Assembly: GCA_030625575.1 (NCBI GenBank)
Contig: DAOUQP010000001.1
Location: 1-60,532, forward strand
Length of the DNA: 60,532 bases
Origin: Eubacteriales bacterium
Lineage (GTDB): Bacteria; Bacillota; Clostridia; Peptostreptococcales; Acidaminobacteraceae
Direction of reading: 5' to 3'
Shown: positions 56,926 through 60,532 of the stretch, one piece after another
How positions within the stretch are numbered: the stretch's first letter is position 1
Layout of the letters: each line of letters starts with the position of its first letter
The notes under the pieces: generated by a model
The model's database searches: none
What the model was told of the DNA's origin: nothing
The model's input: the letters and a program-made list of their open reading frames with translations, nothing else
Translations under genes and position numbers: made by a program

Positions 56926-57611
56926 GATGGAACACCCTTTTCTAAAGCTTCTTTAGCAGCATTTTGCTCTGCTTCTTTTTTGTTTTTTCCCTTACCTTGG
57001 CCTAAACTCAATTTGTCGGCACTTACTTCTATAGTAAAAATCTTACTATGGTCCGGACCTTCTTCTTCAATCACCTCATATAAAATTTCAACTTGACCTT
57101 TTTTTTGTAGTTTTTCTTGCAAAGCCGTCTTATAGTCAAAAATAATTTTACCTGAAATCACCATATCTATTTTTTCCTTTAACAAATCTAAAATGAATTT
57201 ATTGATAACACTAACATCAGAATCGATATACACAGCACCTATAAGAGCCTCTAAGGCATCTGCCAAAATTGATATCCTTTCCTTTCCACCTGTTATAATT
57301 TCTCCTTTTCCAAACCTGATATACTCCCCCAAATTTATTTCTCTAGCAATATCAGAAAGTGTCTCTTCACAAACAATATTTGCTCTCGCTTTGGTTAAAC
57401 CACCTTCAGGTTGATTATCGAGTTTATTAAACAGATATTCAGTTATCACAAAACTAAGAATCGAGTCACCAAAAAATTCTAATCTTTCATTATCTTTACC
57501 CTTATAATTACGGTTTTCATTTTTAAATGAACTATGTGTTAAAGCTTCAGTAAGTAACTCTAAATTATTGAATTTATACTTTATTGCTTTCTCAAGTTTT
57601 TTATATTTCAT
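56922..57611 (-). CDS. rnc: Ribonuclease III
   Basis: Signature ERLEFFGDS and a C-terminal dsRBD. ATG at 57611 after SD AAGGAGG. The ORF-track start at 57659 has no SD. Confidence 0.95.
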   Translation of the reverse strand: MKYKKLEKAIKYKFNNLELLTEALTHSSFKNENRNYKGKDNERLEFFGDSILSFVITEYLFNKLDNQPEGGLTKARANIVCEETLSDIAREINLGEYIRFGKGEIITGGKERISILADALEALIGAVYIDSDVSVINKFILDLLKEKIDMVISGKIIFDYKTALQEKLQKKGQVEILYEVIEEEGPDHSKIFTIEVSADKLSLGQGKGKNKKEAEQNAAKEALEKGVPS

Positions 57612-57678
57612 ATTATCCTCCTTAAAGGACTTTTTAACACCGTCAATTATTGAAAACATTAAAAAAGCCTCTATCCAT

Positions 57679-57707
57679 ATTTTATTATTTAGGAAAGCAA
57701 ATTACAA
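57679..57707 (-). promoter_or_regulatory. rnc operon promoter candidate
   Basis: Minus strand TTGTAA (57707-57702), 17-nt spacer, TAAAAT (57684-57679). Confidence 0.45.
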
Positions 57708-57726
57708 TAGATTGACATTAATCAAA

Positions 57727-57753
57727 TAAAAAAAAAGCGAGAAATTCTCGCTT
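57727..57753 (-). terminator. Rho-independent terminator after fabF
   Basis: Minus strand AGCGAGA-ATT-TCTCGCT followed by T9. The 5' flank overlaps the TAA stop. Confidence 0.85.
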
Positions 57754-58991
57754 TATTCATACTTCTTGAATACCACTGTACCATTATGTCCACCAAACCC
57801 TAGAGAATTGGATAAACCATATTTTATTTTTCTTTCTTTACCTACATTAGGTGTATAATCAAGGTCTAGTCCTTCATCTGGAGTTGAATAATTAATAGTA
57901 GGTGGAATATATCCATCCTTCAGCGCCATAATGACTGCAATCGCTTCAACACTTCCAGCAGCTCCCAACATATGGCCAGTCATCGATTTTGTACTATTGA
58001 TAGAAATACTATTTGCAAACTCTCCAAATACAGATTTTATCGACATAGTTTCGTATTTATCATTAAGTGGAGTTGAAGTTCCATGAGCATTGATATGATC
58101 AATATCACTAACTGAAATACCTGCATCGTCAATGGCCATTTTCATGGCTCTAGCTGCACCTTCACCATCTGGATGAGGTGAAGTTATATGATAAGCGTCA
58201 GCTGTATAACCATAACCAACTATTTCAGCATATATTTTAGCATTTCTCTTAATAGCATGATCATAATCTTCTAAAATAAGCATCCCAGAACCTTCACTCA
58301 TAACAAATCCATCTCTATTTTTATCAAATGGTCTAGAAGCACTTTTTGGATCGTCATTTCTAGTAGATAATGCTTTCATTGCACAAAATCCTGCAATACT
58401 AAGCGGAGTAATAGAAGCTTCAGCACCCCCAGCAAACATGATATCGGCATCACCTCTTTCAATAACTCTAAAAGCGTCTCCAATAGCATGAGTTGATGAA
58501 GCACAAGCTGTTACTACTGTAGTATTTGGTCCTTTTGCACCTGTTGCTATCGAAATCTGTCCTGCACCTATATTTGTAATCATCATAGGTATGAAAAACG
58601 GACTGACTCTACTTGGACCTTTTTCAAACATTTTTCTTGCTTCCTTTTCAAAGGTTTCAATTCCACCTACTCCAGAACCAAGAATAACTCCAAAGCGATT
58701 CATATCGACTTCTTCTACATTGATGTTTGAATCCTCTAGTGCCATTTTTGCACTTCCAACAGCAAAATGTGTAAATTTATCCATTCTTTTTAATTCTTTT
58801 TTACCCAAATATTTCAATGGGTCAAAATCTTTAACCTCACCGGCTATTTGCGCATCTAATTCCGAAGGATCGAACAATGTAATTTTTCCAATCCCTGTTT
58901 TACCATTTTTCAAACTATCCCAAAATTTTTCCAGCCCTGTTCCAACAGGAGAGATTACACCTATTCCTGTGACAACTACTCGCTTTGCCAT
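57753..58991 (-). CDS. fabF: 3-oxoacyl-ACP synthase II
   Basis: 412 aa. Active-site TACASS Cys, with the HGTSTP and GH catalytic His residues. Confidence 0.96.
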   Translation of the reverse strand: MAKRVVVTGIGVISPVGTGLEKFWDSLKNGKTGIGKITLFDPSELDAQIAGEVKDFDPLKYLGKKELKRMDKFTHFAVGSAKMALEDSNINVEEVDMNRFGVILGSGVGGIETFEKEARKMFEKGPSRVSPFFIPMMITNIGAGQISIATGAKGPNTTVVTACASSTHAIGDAFRVIERGDADIMFAGGAEASITPLSIAGFCAMKALSTRNDDPKSASRPFDKNRDGFVMSEGSGMLILEDYDHAIKRNAKIYAEIVGYGYTADAYHITSPHPDGEGAARAMKMAIDDAGISVSDIDHINAHGTSTPLNDKYETMSIKSVFGEFANSISINSTKSMTGHMLGAAGSVEAIAVIMALKDGYIPPTINYSTPDEGLDLDYTPNVGKERKIKYGLSNSLGFGGHNGTVVFKKYE

Positions 58992-59007
58992 AAATTAATC
59001 CTCCATT

Positions 59008-60029
<1,022 letters not shown>

Positions 60030-60031
60030 TT

Positions 60032-60532
60032 TTACCTCCCAAGTTTCCCTAAAGTTTTTTCTAAAGACTCAATATTTTCAACATTTAATATTAAAACTTC
60101 TTTAGAAATCTTTTTAATGAACTTACCTAACGATTTACCAGGTCCGACCTCTATGAAAGTATCAAAGCCATCATCGATAAGTCTTCTAATTGATTCATCC
60201 CATCTTACTGGGTTAAAAACTTGCTTTACCAACACATCAAAGGTTTCTTGCGAATTTTTACTATAATCAGCAAATACATTATTTACTAATGGAATACTTA
60301 ATTCGTTTATTTGAATTTTTTCAAGTTCCAACTTCAATTTCTCTCCTGCGCCAGTCAACATCGAAGTGTGAAAAGGAGCAGATACAGAAAGCATTACAGC
60401 TTTTTTAGCGCCTAATTCCTTAGCGAATTCCACTGCACTTTCTACAGCCTCAACTTCACCGGCAATTACCAATTGACCAGGACAGTTGTAATTTACAGCT
60501 TGCACAATCCCTTTTGAAGAAGCTTTTTCACA
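60032..60532 (-). CDS. fabD: Malonyl CoA-ACP transacylase (3' part; the gene continues beyond the window edge)
   Basis: The frame is open to the window end. C-terminal FabD features SVSAPFHTSML...VRW. fabD-fabG-acpP-fabF order. Confidence 0.9.
   Translation of the reverse strand, partial: CEKASSKGIVQAVNYNCPGQLVIAGEVEAVESAVEFAKELGAKKAVMLSVSAPFHTSMLTGAGEKLKLELEKIQINELSIPLVNNVFADYSKNSQETFDVLVKQVFNPVRWDESIRRLIDDGFDTFIEVGPGKSLGKFIKKISKEVLILNVENIESLEKTLGKLGR

Overview
Low-GC (about 30% by eye) Firmicutes chromosomal segment. Gene content and order look like Clostridia/Tissierellia (PolC, CodY, RNase Y, SpoVS, an rnc-radical SAM-smc arrangement, rseP-ispG-polC). About 60 protein genes are tightly packed, and all but two lie on the minus strand. 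Read in the minus-strand direction (right to left) the backbone is: fabD(partial)-fabG-acpP-fabF | rnc-radical SAM-smc-ftsY | GPR1/FUN34/YaaH acetate-channel gene | ylxM-ffh-rpsP-khpA-rimM-trmD | rplS | rbgA-rnhB-orf142 | dprA-topA-codY | rpsB-tsf | pyrH-frr-orf70-uppS-cdsA | dxr-rseP-ispG-polC | rimP-nusA-ylxR-L7Ae-infB-rbfA-nrnA-truB-ribF | rpsO | pnp | M16 peptidase (split)-dut-aspartokinase | ftsK-selU-rimO-pgsA-cinA | recA | rny | spoVS x2 | purB | MarR-GNAT. The plus-strand genes are a DUF2284-like gene and ung. A Xer-like tyrosine recombinase sits at the left edge. I found no rRNA, tRNA, CRISPR array, IS/transposase, toxin-antitoxin or recognisable defence genes. I also see no evidence for a novel multi-gene system: this is a conserved housekeeping region. 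The points most worth a second look are: (1) an M16 peptidase split by a frameshift at an A7 tract that is formally a -1 slippery heptamer; (2) RNase Y, whose membrane-anchor codons lie upstream of any canonical start and follow a strong SD plus an ATT codon; (3) a lone XerS-like recombinase next to a 38-bp imperfect palindrome close to the only gene-polarity switch; (4) tandem spoVS paralogs with ymdB absent; (5) a promoter plus terminator-like hairpin in the rimP-nusA leader; (6) a free-standing 70-aa PASTA-like ORF coupled to frr; (7) a single-gene acetate-channel cassette between ftsY and ylxM; (8) selU embedded in the ftsK-rimO operon. Many ORF-track starts are over-extended, and I give SD-supported starts where the sequence shows them.
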